This document shows positions 25,439-39,400 of a DNA stretch of 64,000 bases, piece after piece. This stretch comes from Geosiphon pyriformis uo1 (taxonomy: Eukaryota; Fungi; Glomeromycota), in contig JAAOMT010000703.1 of the NCBI GenBank assembly GCA_016748015.1, positions 1,052,255 to 1,116,254 on the forward strand. The letters are read 5' to 3'. The number at the start of each line of letters is the position of its first letter. Positions within the stretch are counted from its first letter, which is position 1. Position numbers and translations under genes: made by a program. Under the pieces are notes generated by a model. It was given only the letters and a program-made list of their open reading frames with translations, had not been told where the DNA came from and searched no databases.

Positions 25439-26058
25439 TGTTATGGGATGGTTTTCTTGTTATATTTAATTGCTGATATCCCGCTTTAATTGCAATCAGT
25501 CTTTCGTGAGTTCCTCAATTCTATTTGTGTGATAATGTCACTGTTACACTGAAGGCTTTCTTTTTACTGTTGCGATGTAAGTTATTCTTTAATTCTTGAT
25601 TGTTGTGTGTGTTTATGTACTCCTTCTCAGAGGCTGAACTGAAATCTACCCACTGTCTGGGGTCTTCTCTGAGGCTATCCTTGCAATTGCCTGATGTGTT
25701 TCTCTAATCTAGAAACACAGAATGTTAATGGTCTTTAGCGCTTTTCTAATTCTCACANNNNNNNNNNNNNNNNNNNNNNNNNNNNNNNNNNNNNNNNNNN
25801 NNNNNNNNNNNNNNNNNNNNNNNNNNNNNNNNNNNNNNNNNNNNNNNNNNNNNNNNNNNNNNNNNNNNNNNNNNNNNNNNNNNNNNNNNNNNNNNNNNGT
25901 GTTGGCTGCTATTGTGAACTGGTGCTTGCCACTATCGCGAGATGGTGTTTGCTACTATGTTAATCATTACCTTTCTAAGATTATTACTGTGCTATATTAT
26001 GATTGAATAGTTTGTATTATTTTTATGATTCTTTTTGCTAAATTCTTAAACCGTAACA
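25439..26058 (-). mobile_element. Type-C LTR insertion (solo LTR or collapsed element) spanning an assembly gap
   Basis: Termini TGTTATGG...CCGTAACA; TSD ATGT (25435-25438 / 26059-26062); interrupts the LINE RNase H; homologous to 42169-42990. Confidence 0.88.
25758..25898. other. Assembly gap (N run)
   Basis: 141 N characters. Confidence 0.99.
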
Positions 26059-27289
26059 ATGTGCTGTAGAACTGGACTTGGTATTATCAGACTTTTACAA
26101 TAGTTGTTGGTTAAAGAGATGTTGTATTGTAAACTCAATTAGAAATAAGTGGCTTAATATATCTTGGAGTAAGATTAAAAGACATTTAAATATGGTGAGC
26201 AATAAGTGCACTGACAAGTTGGCCAATTTGGCTTCATGTTTGAATTTGGTTTTCTCTGTTCTAGTCAATAAAAAATACAATTTTTGGTAATATTTACCAT
26301 TTTGTTTAAGATGTTTTCAGAGCTATTTATTATGTATATTAGAAGATTAGATCCAAGTCTGATGTTATTTATACAAATATGAAAAAAAAATATTGATTAG
26401 ATTCAGACTGCCTCAGTTTGACACTCTAATTTGCATATGGCAGCTGGCTACATGAGCAAGTATACTGCCAGTTTGCACTTGTATTTTATGAAAGCACTGT
26501 ATTGTTATTTGCTGGTTACTGTTTGGAAACATTTATATAACAGAAAATATCTTAGTGTGTTGTGTCTTCATTGTGAAAAGATAGAAACTTCTGACCACTT
26601 CTTTGTGTGTTTATTAGACTCAAATACTCATAAGAATCTGCTTGAATCATACTTAGTTCAATAAAATGCTATGTTAGATTTGAGCTTGTTATCATCTTGC
26701 ATTTTGCAAATACTTTATTTGTGTGCTTTTGATAATGTCTTGTATATTGTTTTATATAAGAGTATTGTGTTTAAGGAATAGTATTTGGAGACTGTGTCCT
26801 TTTTTGATAGTGTTAAAGTTATTAATTGTAAAATAATTAATTTGGTATAAAGTTTGGAAATGATTTACTAAACTGAGATGTGGATGGTTAAGGCTAAATA
26901 CAGAGTAATTATAGAAAAAAAAAGTCTGGTTATAGATAATAGTTTAATGCCTCTTAAGATTTGTGGTTTGTTGACTTTGCTTTTTGATGATATTATTAAG
27001 TTGTTTGGAATTGTAAAAACACATGATATTAGTTTTGGTTTTTAAAAGTCTTGCAGTTTTTTTTCTGGTACTAATAATACAATGACTATTAAAATAAGTT
27101 CATAGTAATACTCTAATTGGTCTGAGTAATTGGTCATATGTAGAAAATACATGATTTGCATTTAGTTTAGATTACTTAATTTAATGTATTGTGCTAAGTG
27201 GCTTTTGGGTCTCACTTATTAAATAATAATAATAAAATAATAATAATATTAATCTGTTTAACAAAATTATTTATCTTTTTAATATTGTA

Positions 27290-28230
27290 CATAGCAAATT
27301 TTTAAACAAAATCAGTTATTAAAAAAACAAAAAAAAAACTCCTTAATACCAAAAACCAAAAAATTCAAATAAGCCAAAACAATACTAATAAAACTCTTTA
27401 AAGCTAATATTTTTGATTTTAAACTACTAATTTTAACAGTAAAAACTCTGTTATTATTCAAACTTAAAAATAAAAAGCCATTTAATATAATTATAAAAAA
27501 GAAAAAGCACAAAATTAAAAAGTTTATGTTATTATAAACAATAATTTTAATAAAAACAATCACAAATAAATATAAAACATATATAATTAAAGATAAAAAT
27601 ATCACAAACAAATCCAATTTAGCAGAAATTAATACAACTTTTTTAGTCAAAACTCTAAAAAATAGTTTAATATATTTTAATAAACATCTATAAAGAAAAT
27701 AAATAACAAAATAAAAATAAACAATATATTTAAAAAAACAATATTGTAAAATAATAAGTCAGAAAAAATTCTAAAATAATTATAACTTGATATTTTTTTA
27801 ATAGCTATTATTTAAGTTCAAAACTTATTACTAAAGACTAATAGTTAAGAAATAAAGACATTTTTTTAACATAAAAATTAGCAAAATATAACTAAATTTC
27901 TATAAATAGTATATATTTAATATACTTATTAACAAATAAATCAAAATTAAATTTATTATATTTCAAAAAAAATAGTCAAAATAATTATATTTATTACAAC
28001 AACTTAATCCAAAAAAGCTTAATACTATTAAACATAAGAATAATATAAAAAATTTGGTTTAAATTTTTTTTAGATTTAAAACAAATAATAATATAATAAA
28101 GTCTAATGTTAATAACAAAAATCTATTAATAATATATGTTTTTTTATTTGTTTTATCTAAGAGTCTACTCAAATTATAAACAATTATTCTTATAAACAAA
28201 GTATATAACAATATTTAAAACCAATTTTTA
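27290..28230 (-). mobile_element. Heavily mutated LINE ORF1 fragment
   Basis: ORF 27312-27650 retains LSLNNNRVFTVKISSLKSKILALK, homologous to the ORF1 C-termini of L1 and L2. Confidence 0.7.
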
Positions 28231-28284
28231 AATTTTTAAGTTATTTAATTTATTATAGTTTTAGTTATTTTTTTATTTTATTTT

Positions 28285-31200
28285 TTTATTTTAATAAGTA
28301 AAATCCAAATGCAATCTAGTACTATACATCATATTAATGATCTAAACTAGGTGTAAATCATGTATTTGCTATATGTGACCAGACACTCAGTCCAATTAAG
28401 ACAACACTAGACATTTATATAAACAGAAACCATGTCTTCAGTACCTAAGAAAAACAAACAAGATTCATAAAACCCAAAACTAATACCAAATACATTGGCA
28501 ATACCCAACAACCTAACCATTCCAGCCAAAAGCACTGCAAGAAAACCAGAAACTGAGACAGGAATGAAATCATTACACAAGATCAAACCACTTTTTTCTA
28601 TAATAGCCCAGTGTTCGGCTTGCATCAGCCAAATATCATCCCTAAATGCAAGACAAAATTTGTGCACAAAGGACACAATGCTTTGAGCCACAATCTTGAA
28701 ATCCTTAAAAACAGAAAGAGATTTCTGATACCACTTATTAAAAACAAAGCCTTTACACAAAGCTGTACTAACAACAACATCAGAAGTACAAGTATACAAC
28801 AACTACAAGACATAAGAGAAAGAGTGAAATAAACCTGAATATGTTTTCCAAACAAATGCATGATGCTCTATCAGCTGAGCACAACCAACAGCATCAAAAA
28901 AGCAAGAAAAAACATGGTCCGAGATCTTAACATTACCACAAAACAAACAAACCACACTGGGGTAACACTTATTATAGAGTTGCTTGTGCACTGCAACAGG
29001 AAGATAATAATATAACATCTTCATAAAATATGACCACAAGCCAGTGGTGTGTGCACTGATAAAACCAGCAGCCAAGTAAGAATCAGAATGCCATACCAAT
29101 GAAGATCTGGACCAATCAATATCAGCATGTAGACTGTCCACCATGATCTGGGAACCAGAACCAACTTCTCAGTGCACATGGTTAATAGATTAGAAAATAT
29201 TACAAACAAAATGCCTAGAATTACCAAAAACAATTGTACCACCAGCTTTAAAAAAATGTTCATTGATTATGTGAGGTAAGTGCCAATCAAAGAAGGCAGC
29301 AGCCCTAACAAAAACATCAGTATGTTTATTGCTGGAAATCCCAGAGTAGTCTTTAACTTTAACCCAATTAACATCCAAATTTTTGCAACAAATAACATTA
29401 ATAATGTAGTGATGCTTAACCCAATACTGATTCCTAAAATCCAGATGAGCCAGCATAGACTTTGACCTGCAAGCATTCAGAACAGCCTGGTTGTCCAAAA
29501 ACAAGTCAACAGAATAAGAAGAAGGAATACATTTGAGAGCCAGAGCAATAGCCTGCAACTTTGCCATCATGGAAGAGACCAAACCAGAAATCTTTATACT
29601 CAAACCCAAGTCAATGTTCTCAAAGAAGAGAGCAGCACCAGCCATCATATCAGGAGTTCCCAGATTACTCAGAGATTCATCTGTGTATACAAAAAGATGA
29701 GCAGTATTAACATGCAACAAATTGACTCCAACAACATCAAATTCACAAAACTAAAAAATATCAGAAGAAAAGCAACCATCTAAAAATAGGAGACAAGCAG
29801 AAGAAAAAACCTCACCACCAAAAAAACAAACAGAAAGCTTGAACCAGACAGGAACAGAGCCACAAGGGTCCAATCATTTCCACCACTTGAAGATTGTCTA
29901 ACTGAAAACAGTGCCATGCTTATTACACAGCTGGTCCACAAAGACAACTCTATAATGCCAAAGAGAAGAGACATACTTAAAATAATCATGCTTGCCAAGA
30001 ACAAAAGACATAGGAATACCACCTCAAAAACAAAATGCACTGGCTAAAGAGCTGCCCAAGAACAAATTACACCCAGAAAAAACGTGGACCATACCAGCCA
30101 AAAAATTGTTTGAGGAATTGACTCTGACTCAAACTGAAAAGTGTAAAGAGTGTTGAGGACACCAGCTAAGAACTTGGAGATTATAAGATCTGTGAGAAAA
30201 TAACCAATCCAAAATACCCAACAAATTTGCAAAGGAAACAAGAGATGCTAACTTGCTCTCAGTCTGAATTTGTTCAAAAGTTTTTAAACTATACAAGGAA
30301 GGATGATGTATTGCATTAGTGGAGAAATTGAACAAAAGACCAGATCTAGATTTCAAGCCCTTGTAAACCAAAGCATCCTATTTATTACAAACACTAATAG
30401 AAACAAAACTGAATTAAGTTCTATAATTGACAATAAGAAAAAGAATCACTAATACCAAATATGCAAACTGTTTATCTAAGATTGCCTTTCTCAAAACAAG
30501 ATTGACAAAAAACCAAACATTTGAATGCACCTTAGTTAAGCTAGGTTTTGAAAGACCATTGGAAGACAAAAAAATACCTAAATAATAATGAAGTTCTCCT
30601 TTTTTGGCAACAAAAATAGGTGAGTTATTGACAGTCAGATAAGAGTCTGAAATCTGACAGTTAATAAGGATAGCCACAGTCTTATTATTATTTATAGAAA
30701 TGTCATTAATCTTAAAGAATTCACTAGCAACGTTGAGGATGTGCTGTGTAGTAGCCTGACTACCACCAACCCAAATAGTATTGTTGACAAAAGCACCAGT
30801 AGCAAGAAATAAAGTCAATCCAGTCTGAGATTCCACATGACCAGACTTAGAAACAAAATAAGAATTCAATCTGTAATCACATACACTCTCTTGTTTTTTG
30901 ATCTTACATAAAAGCAAATCATAAAATATGTGCCAAAGAAGAGGTGAAAAAACTTTCCCTTGGTCCAATTCATTATAAACATGATACCCATTAGTCAACC
31001 CAAAATCTGTCATTACTCTGTTAACACGACTATTGTGAATACTACCAAAAAATCTAATAAACCTGCCATATATCTTGATTCTAATCAAATTTTGCCTAAG
31101 ATGTTTCCAATCAACAGAGTCATAAGTCTTTTGTATGTCCTGCAAAACCAGGCACAGTTCTTGGTTTTTCTTTAAGACATCTTTGACCACTGAGCCAATG

Positions 31201-34200
31201 ACAAAAATAGATGACTGTGTTATTGTATCTCTCAAAACAGAGAAATTGTTACCATGTAAAACATCATAAGTGCTGCAAGCTAAAGAAATCCTATCTAAAA
31301 AAATCTTGGAAAGAATTTTGTGAACTGTTTCAATCAAAGCAATAGAATGGGTATTTGTGAGAATATTTTTCCACTCATATGACTTAGAAATCATCAAAAC
31401 CCAAGCTTCCTTCCATGGTCTAGGTACTGATTTACAAGTGAAACACAGATTCAAGAGCACCAACAGCATATCCAAAACTGATTTGTTACAGTGTTTTCAT
31501 AATTCATTAGAAATGCCAAAGAGACCAACTGCTTTTCTATTAGGCAGTTTTGAGACCACAGCAAATATTTTATCAAAACCAATCAAACACATTATATCAG
31601 AAAATGCACCATCAAAAACATATTCCAAAGGCTGATATTGGCGAGTCCAATTATCAGAGATATCAGACACCACTTTATGTTTCCTAGTTCACTTTTCTAT
31701 AATCTCATCCATCTTAAATTTAACTAAATCAGGCTTCAAGACCAACTTATCACTTACAACTAAATGATTTAATATTACCTTGCAAAAAGGATGTTCCAAC
31801 ACATTCCTAATGGTGCGACCCTTATCTAATTCAAAACTTTTTATTCTACTGGTAATGGCCTGCTTGATATGAGATTCTTCAGCATGCTTGGATTCTAGCA
31901 ATTTCAAAAAACAGTAAAACTTCCTCACTTTTGCCAGTTCAGAGCAAATAGCATTAAAAGTAGAACCTGAAAGAAAAAGAGACTTTACTTCTACTGCATT
32001 TTTAGAGTTAAGCCTGTCCCATGTATCTAGCAACAAAGTAAAATCTTTACTTGAAACCAACTAAAAAGCTTTCACCAACCTGGACACCAGCAACTCCAGT
32101 TTGTAAAACCTAGAAAACTCTTTGATAAAAACACTGTTATAACCTTTAAACCATTTCTTTCTTAATGTTTCATTGGCCGAAAAAATTATGATGTTACTAG
32201 ATAAAAACTATGGATTTGTAACTTCTTAGCAATAACAATAACTTTTACCTGGAACACACACATTACCATGATTATGCTACTAACTATAGCATATCATGGG
32301 TGTATGGACTATTTTAGTGAATGGGAGAGCAGAAAGGGGTACATGATAAGGTCATTAAAAGTGAAAGAAAGTATTGTCATTATTATTTGTTTTTGGGCAA
32401 GAACCAGTCTTAGGTATTTGAAAAGGGGAAAGAGAAATCACATCTCTTTATATGTATCAAAAGCACAATCAGCAACAAGAAGTGAAACCAACTATTCAAA
32501 GAAATATGTAACCAGAATTCTTTCAATTAGTCGTTGAAAAGGTGTGGTGTTCAAATGCCCACTTTGAAAACAAAGTTATAGGAATTATAAAAAAATTGTA
32601 AAAGTAAAACATAACTGAAATAGATTTAACTTTTTATTGTTGAGACCACTCTCTAACAATGTGATACTTTATTACTTATTTTTATATTTAACAACTTGTT
32701 CGGTAAAACAAGACTTAATGTGAAATGGTGATAACACATGATTTGAAAGATCGGAAGTAATAGAACAACTTGAAATGATGATAACAAGTAAGTAAAAGAT
32801 TATAAACAATGTGATTCCAAATAGTAATAAGGAATATGGGAAGACATACTTGAGATTGTGATAACAAGTATTTAGAGCATAGAAAGGGGAGAAAGAATAT
32901 GAAGGGTAGAGGAAAGGACTAACTGCTCACTATAAAACTATAGCAAAGAGTTGGCTCAGTATTGAACTGATACTTTCCTGAGCTGACAGAGGGGCTGTAT
33001 ATATAGCTAAATTATATCAGATCTACATACTATATTAGAACTATTTAAAATACATCAATTATTTATATATATTTAATTAATCAATTTATGATGAGCTTAC
33101 TCAGCATGTTATTTTCTCAGAGCTAGTGATTTTTAGATGATCAGATTTAAATGGTTGGATCTAGAACATTAATTGTCAATCAATGATACCAATTGTGATT
33201 ATGATTAACATAATCAGAAATAGATCAATTGATTATATTTCTTGGTAACTACTTTTAATCATTAATCGCAGATCTGGAATGTTAGATTGGTCTAATAAGG
33301 GTGTATGAGAATTTTGGAGCATAACAAAACCTGTTGTTATCTGATTACATGCATCAATCATTTATTTCTATTGGTGTTTCTTAGTTTGCCAAGATTTCTT
33401 TATATCCAACTTAGTTAAACTGTTGGATTGTGCCATATTTCTTTGTTGTAATTAGATTGATTACTGATCATTTATTTCCAGATTGCTGGCTGATTTTGTT
33501 AATTAAGTGCGATGATGTAGATCTTTTTTGCATGATTTTAATGTTAATTTCCATTGTATGTGTTGTAATTTTTGCATTGAAAAGTGTGAAAATCTTCTGG
33601 TAACAATGATCTTGTGAACAATATTCTACATCGCATCCAAATCTGAAAACCTATCAGCTTCCTCAAATGCATCTGAAAACATAGCAGTATTAGCAGCTGT
33701 GACATCTCTAAATTTGCATCACTTCTTCTCATCAGCACTTTTGATGTTAAACTTCCAATGATTTCTGTTTATCTGCTTGTGCAACGAGGACAGCTGAACA
33801 TCCAACAAACCACTCAGACTTACAGAAACAGCCACATAATTGGTATCAAAATAATCTTCAATACTAGCCACATTGTAACTCACCATTGCATTGACCAAAT
33901 TCAAGAAAACAAACATGTAACCAATTATCTTAGTAACACCACAAAAATTGCACCACATTGGTATTTTAGCAAACAAGCTTTCAGCCAAAAAGTTGACTAG
34001 ACCCAAATCAAAGTACTTCCTGAAGCTAGCGCATATATGAAAATTATCCTCATTGAAGTCACTACCAAGAATCACAAAAAAAAACTTATTTATAGCCTTT
34101 GCAATAAGAAAATTGATGTCACTAGCCTGAAAAAACCAAACCACTGAAGAGGCATCAGTATACAGTTCCAAAATTGTTACAGAAAGCTTATTCTTGAATA

Positions 34201-36425
34201 GCAATTTGACAAAAAGAATCCAACCAGACACTTCAGAAACTTTGCACACATGACTAGCCAAAGAATTGTCTATAATAATAGCAACATCTGAACCCAAGTA
34301 ATTAGAATTCACACTAGAAGTAAAAACACAAACACCATCAAACTTGTTCATGATCTATGGATGGATCTTATCTTTTAATTTAGTCTTAGTAATGATAGAA
34401 ACCAAATTGTTCATTTCTTTATGTTAATAAATTATATCTTCCTGCTTTGTAGGATTGTTTATTCTCCTAATATTACAAGTGACAACTTTCCAAACTTTAT
34501 TACTCATTAAGAAAGAAGAAAGACAGAAACCAAACTAGCATTGTCTATTTTAGCTGAGAGACTCATAACCATAATTAAAAATTTGTTTAATGTTTTTTCC
34601 ATTTTCGAGATGACTGAAAAATTGAAAACCACCACTCTCCAGCAGTCTTACTACCAATGATTACACCTGAACTCTTACTCATCACTATATCCACCTCTTG
34701 ATTTTGTAATAAAGAGGTTATCAATGACTAATGTCCAGAGCTAAACTAGGAAACCATTGGCCCAAGTGTATCCAACCTTTTAGCCAGCTTATTAACATGC
34801 TCTGCAAGGCTGGCAAGACTGCATTCAAGAGCAGCAAAACCTATTATTTAATTTCAAAGATACCAGTGAAGTAGGCTTCATCTCCGAAGAAGAGCCAGCA
34901 TTCAACAAAACATTCCAAACAGGGGAAGGAGGGAAAGATGATCCACCAGCAATTTGTGCCCATGAGACACCACCAAAAGAAACTGGATGAACAACTGGAG
35001 CTGAGCATTTAGCATAAATGGCAGCCAGTCTGCTTTTATCAGAATCTGAGAGAGTTTTCCATGATGAAACACCAGAGAAAGCATCTTTATTTCTACCAAC
35101 AAGACAATACAAAGACATATGACCCAATTTCTTATACTTGATATACTTAACCAGAACAAGACAAGACCAGTGCAGATTGGCCCCTTTCAGAACAGACATG
35201 GTCTCCATAACTGCATCTAGTGACTCAGCAAAATCAAAACAAACAGCAGCACATCTGGCTTAGGCATAAGAAACTAGATAATGGTCAATGACACAAGTCT
35301 TTCCACCCACTGAAGTAATGTAATCTCAGATATTATGTGTATTGGTCTCCATTGGCAGAGTGCATAGAAGAGTCTTGTGAACATCTTTTGCATCCCATAA
35401 TTCTTTGTCCACATCAGATTTAACAATGCGCACTGCATCTTTCTCAATTAGGATAGATCATTTTGCTGCAACTAAATCAGTATAATTAACTTGTTCAAAT
35501 TCAATCACAGTCCCACCAACTGTATCTTGATTGACTTAATTATTCCAAATTCGGATAGTGCAGTACACACAGCCTCAGTTGATGTACCAATCAGAATTTC
35601 CTTCAACACTACAGTCTGATCCAAATGCCCAGATGATTTTTTGAGATTGGTGTTTACCAGAATCTTTGCCTCTTCAGTCTTTTTAAAAGCCTGTGCCAAA
35701 CTCAATTTGAAAGTGAATGTTGCTCTAATGATTCCAGCAAATTTTGAGAGGGTAGAGGCCTTTCCAAAACTATTGATTTTTGAAAACAACTTTCTAATCA
35801 CTTGAAGCTTCTCTTAAGAGAATTTCCCAACCACTTTGTCTAACCCAATATTCAAAATGAAAGATTTGCAAACAGAAACATTAACCAGATTTTTCAAAGA
35901 TGAGAGAAGTTTTAACAGAGCTTTCAAAAAAACATCATCTTCATTACCACTTAATGAAAATTTAATCTTATCTAACAGCTTGCCTAATATCTTTTTGGTT
36001 TTAACTTTTAAACCAATAAGTGTTTGATTAGGATCTCCTTCAGCAAGAGTACTGCTTTTATTATAATCAAATCTGATTTCTTTCATCAGACATTTCTCTT
36101 CCATATCAATACTATTAGACTCAATAGTATCACCATTCTCTAAACCCTATGAACAACTATTCTGAACCTTAGGACCAACATTTCTACCACCAGAGCCATC
36201 CTCCAAAGCATCACCTCTTCTTTTTTTCCTTGGAAAAACAGGTCTAAAGCCAACTTTAGAACCAAAAACTTCAGTAGTCTTCTCCATGACAGCAATACTA
36301 CAGCCAACAGTGGCTTCATAGTCAAGAATAAAAGATTTAGATTTATTATACTGAATTGTAAAAACTTCTTTCAAAATTCTAAGACTCTTTTTTAGGAATT
36401 TGGGATAAAGAAGAGAAAGAAGTTT
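28285..36425 (-). mobile_element. Full-length LINE copy L4 with a solo LTR inserted at 32192-33605
   Basis: ORF1 ~36330-34504; ORF2 34507-28407 with APE 33719-34351, RT 30414-31475, RNase H 29190-29720 (VYTDES, WVKVK, N.H.D) and CLFC..H..C knuckle ~28900; 3' UTR and A-rich tail at ~28270-28400. Confidence 0.93.
32192..33605. mobile_element. Solo LTR, type B (1414 bp), probably minus orientation
   Basis: Inverted termini TGTTACTAGA...TCTGGTAACA; TSD ATGA (32188-32191 / 33606-33609); TATA-like element at ~32998; no coding domains. Confidence 0.85.
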
Positions 36426-39400
36426 TTTTAATTTTTAGTTATATATACAAAATTTTTTCTAATTAATACAGATTATTTTAATGTTAAAGTATTAATTTAA
36501 TCTGATTTAATAAATTTAACCACAGTTTTTTGTTATAGTTTAATAAGTTATAATTAAATTAATATTATTTGTTTGTATTTAAATAAAATTAAGATAATTT
36601 TTTTTTAGATATATTTATAGAAATTTTTATTATTATTATAATCTAATCTAAATAAATTTTTTGTTTTTTAAAATTATTATTAATCTAAATATTATTTTTA
36701 TTAATCAATAATACTGTTTGCTTTAAACTATCTTTTAATATAAATATAAATTAAATAATTTTTTAAATTTTAAAGAAATAATAACCTTTTTAAAACTATT
36801 TATTTTTAAAAAAAGTATTTTAATTATTTGTACTTTAGTTATAACTGATTTGTTCTTAACTATTAAAAAATTAATGTTTAAAACAAAAAATTTTTAATAA
36901 ATACTTTTATTTAAGTTTTTACAATTTTGAAATTTATTTATTATTTTTAAAAAAATGTTTAAAAAAGAAAAAAAACATATTTTTATTATTATTATTTTAA
37001 TTAATACAATTAATAAGTAAAACTCAATTACTACTTAGTATACAAAATTAAATTAAGTAATCTAGATTAGATATAACTTATACACTTACCATATATGGTT
37101 AGCCATTCAAGTTAGATAAGACAACACTACATATTTATAAAAACTCTTGCACTATTATTTAGGCCAAAAAAAATAAACATGATTTATAACTGCCAAAATT
37201 TACTGCAAAAAATTTAATAATGCCAAAAAGCCTAACTATACTATCTAATAGCTCAGTTATTAAGTTACCAATTAGACTAAACACTATACTGTTATCTTTT
37301 ACTAAATTAATTTTTTCTATTTCAGTCCTAAATTTAGATCTACTAAGCCAAATTATAGAACAATATTTCTTCACTAGCCAATTTACAAAACTAATAACTG
37401 TTATTAAAGATTTTTTTTTGGCCTTAAAAACTATTAATGCCTTAGCACACTAAGCTTTTAGCATAAAATTTTTGCAAATTATGACATATAAATTCACATC
37501 TAATAAATACTTGAATAAAATGTTTATTACAAAAAAAGAAAAAAAGATACAAGTTTCAACCAATAACTTTTAAAGACCAAAGAATTTTAACAGTATTTCT
37601 TTATGAGATTTAGCATTTTTAGTGCAAGTAAAAACATAATTTAAAAGCTTTACTTTGTTATACAATAAGCATAATACACTCAGATATTTTTTATTATACA
37701 ATCTTTTTCTAATTACTACTAGTAAACATTCATGTACAGTTTTCATTAAGTATGTATACAAATTGACAGAATTTTTGCTAGTAAAATTAGACAATATATG
37801 TTAATTATGATGTTATATTTTTACAGTAGATAGTCAATTTATGTTCTTAATTAAATTGCTTGACATTATTTTATAATTAGAATTAACTTCTTATTAAGCA
37901 TAATAAATAGAATAATACATATCACAAATAAAGTATTAACTGTGTTATTAGTCACAATATAACATTTATGTATTTTACTTGGCAAAAACAAAAAAAACTA
38001 GCAGTTTTATTTGCTATCTAATCTGTTTTTTTATTGCCTAAAATTTTCAAATGATTTTTGATCTTAATCCATCTGACCAAAAATTTTTTATTTCTTATCA
38101 AATTTACAATATGCCTTTTTTCTATTCAACAACAGTTACAAAAATCAGACACTATAAAATTTTCTTTAACAGCACAAATATCAATAGTTGTTTGGCTATC
38201 TAAATGCAAAATTATTACACAAAATGAAGAAACATACCTTAAAAACAAAGCAACAGTCTGCAATTTAGTCAAAGTTAATGACAAAAAACCACTTATTTCA
38301 ACCCCAATATTCACATTTATGGCTGGAAAATACATATTAGCTTTATTGGCAATATTAGCAGAATTTATGTTTTTTAAAAAACTATTTATATATATCTTAA
38401 TAATACTAAACCAAATTTTATACAAGTATTTATATACATTAACAAATTAGTCAAATTCCAAAATATTTAGACCACATAACATGCTGATTCAAGCAGAACT
38501 AACTAATAATGTTTTAATATTATGCAGAACTTTTGATGTCAACTTAAACCAAAATAACACAAAATTTTTAAGATCCAACTTTTTCTAATAACAAAATGTT
38601 TTCTAATCTATTATACTACTCTTCTTGTTCAAAAATCTATTACTAAATACTATTCCAAACTTTTTCAAAAAGCAAACTGAGTTGTAATATAAAGACTTTC
38701 TTAAAATATTTAATATTAAAAATCTTCTAGATCATAAAATACATTAAGCAAATTATTATTTAGAGACAAACTATTAGCCAAAAAAATTCTTATTATTTTA
38801 GCTAAAAAATTATTAACAGAACTAATACACAACTTTACAGAGCATTACAAGAAATTTGAAAAAGCCCAGCCTAAAATCTGCAAGTCCAATAAAACAACTA
38901 TCTAAGAATGTCTGGAGCATTAAAAAAATTTATTACAGATGCTAATTTACCTTTGGTCTATATCTGTTCAAATAATTTCAAACCATAAAAAAAAAATGGT
39001 ACAGCACTTTATTAAAAAAATTATGTGATAGATTGGCTTTAAATTTAAGACTTTTTTTAATCATAACATTTTACTTATAACACATACTAAATAAGACAAA
39101 ACTAAACTAAAATCTATAGTTAATAATAAGCTGTAAGACAGCTAATACCAAATAAAAAAACTGTTTATCTGTAATAATTTTTTTAAGTACCACATTAACA
39201 AAAAATTGAATATTAGAATAAGTTTTAATCAGACTTGGCTTTAACAACTTTTCAATTAATAAAAAGATATTTAAATATCTGTATACTTTATTTTTTTTGA
39301 CAATTAAAATTAATAAGCCACTAATTTTCAAAAAATAATCTTAACATCCTAATTAATAAAAATGTTTAATAACTTTTTACTATTTTAAACTATATTTATA

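Larger units (their letters stand above)
9652..27250 (+). mobile_element. Full-length LINE copy L3 interrupted by a Gypsy element (11741-21867) and a type-C LTR (25439-26058)
   Basis: 5' UTR, then ORF1 ~9783-11685. ORF2 re-joins across the insertion as ...NVS-T-KQANVICWH. APE 21993-22500, RT 23546-24150 (AFVDD>AFVNN), RNase H from ~25217 (VYMDGSL), C-terminal CLHC..H..C knuckle ~26560-26610, and a 3' UTR with a (TAA)n/A-rich tail at ~27220-27250. Confidence 0.93.

Noticed and set aside
25694-25722. AGAGAAACAC resembling hairpin-ribozyme loop B (minus strand)
   Set aside because: It is one arm of a simple TGTGTTTCT/AGAAACACA hairpin; no GUAUAUUAC partner or loop A is present.
32268-32537. 89-aa ORF in the type-B LTR
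   Set aside because: No motifs, a single copy, and it overlaps hairpins; no support for coding.
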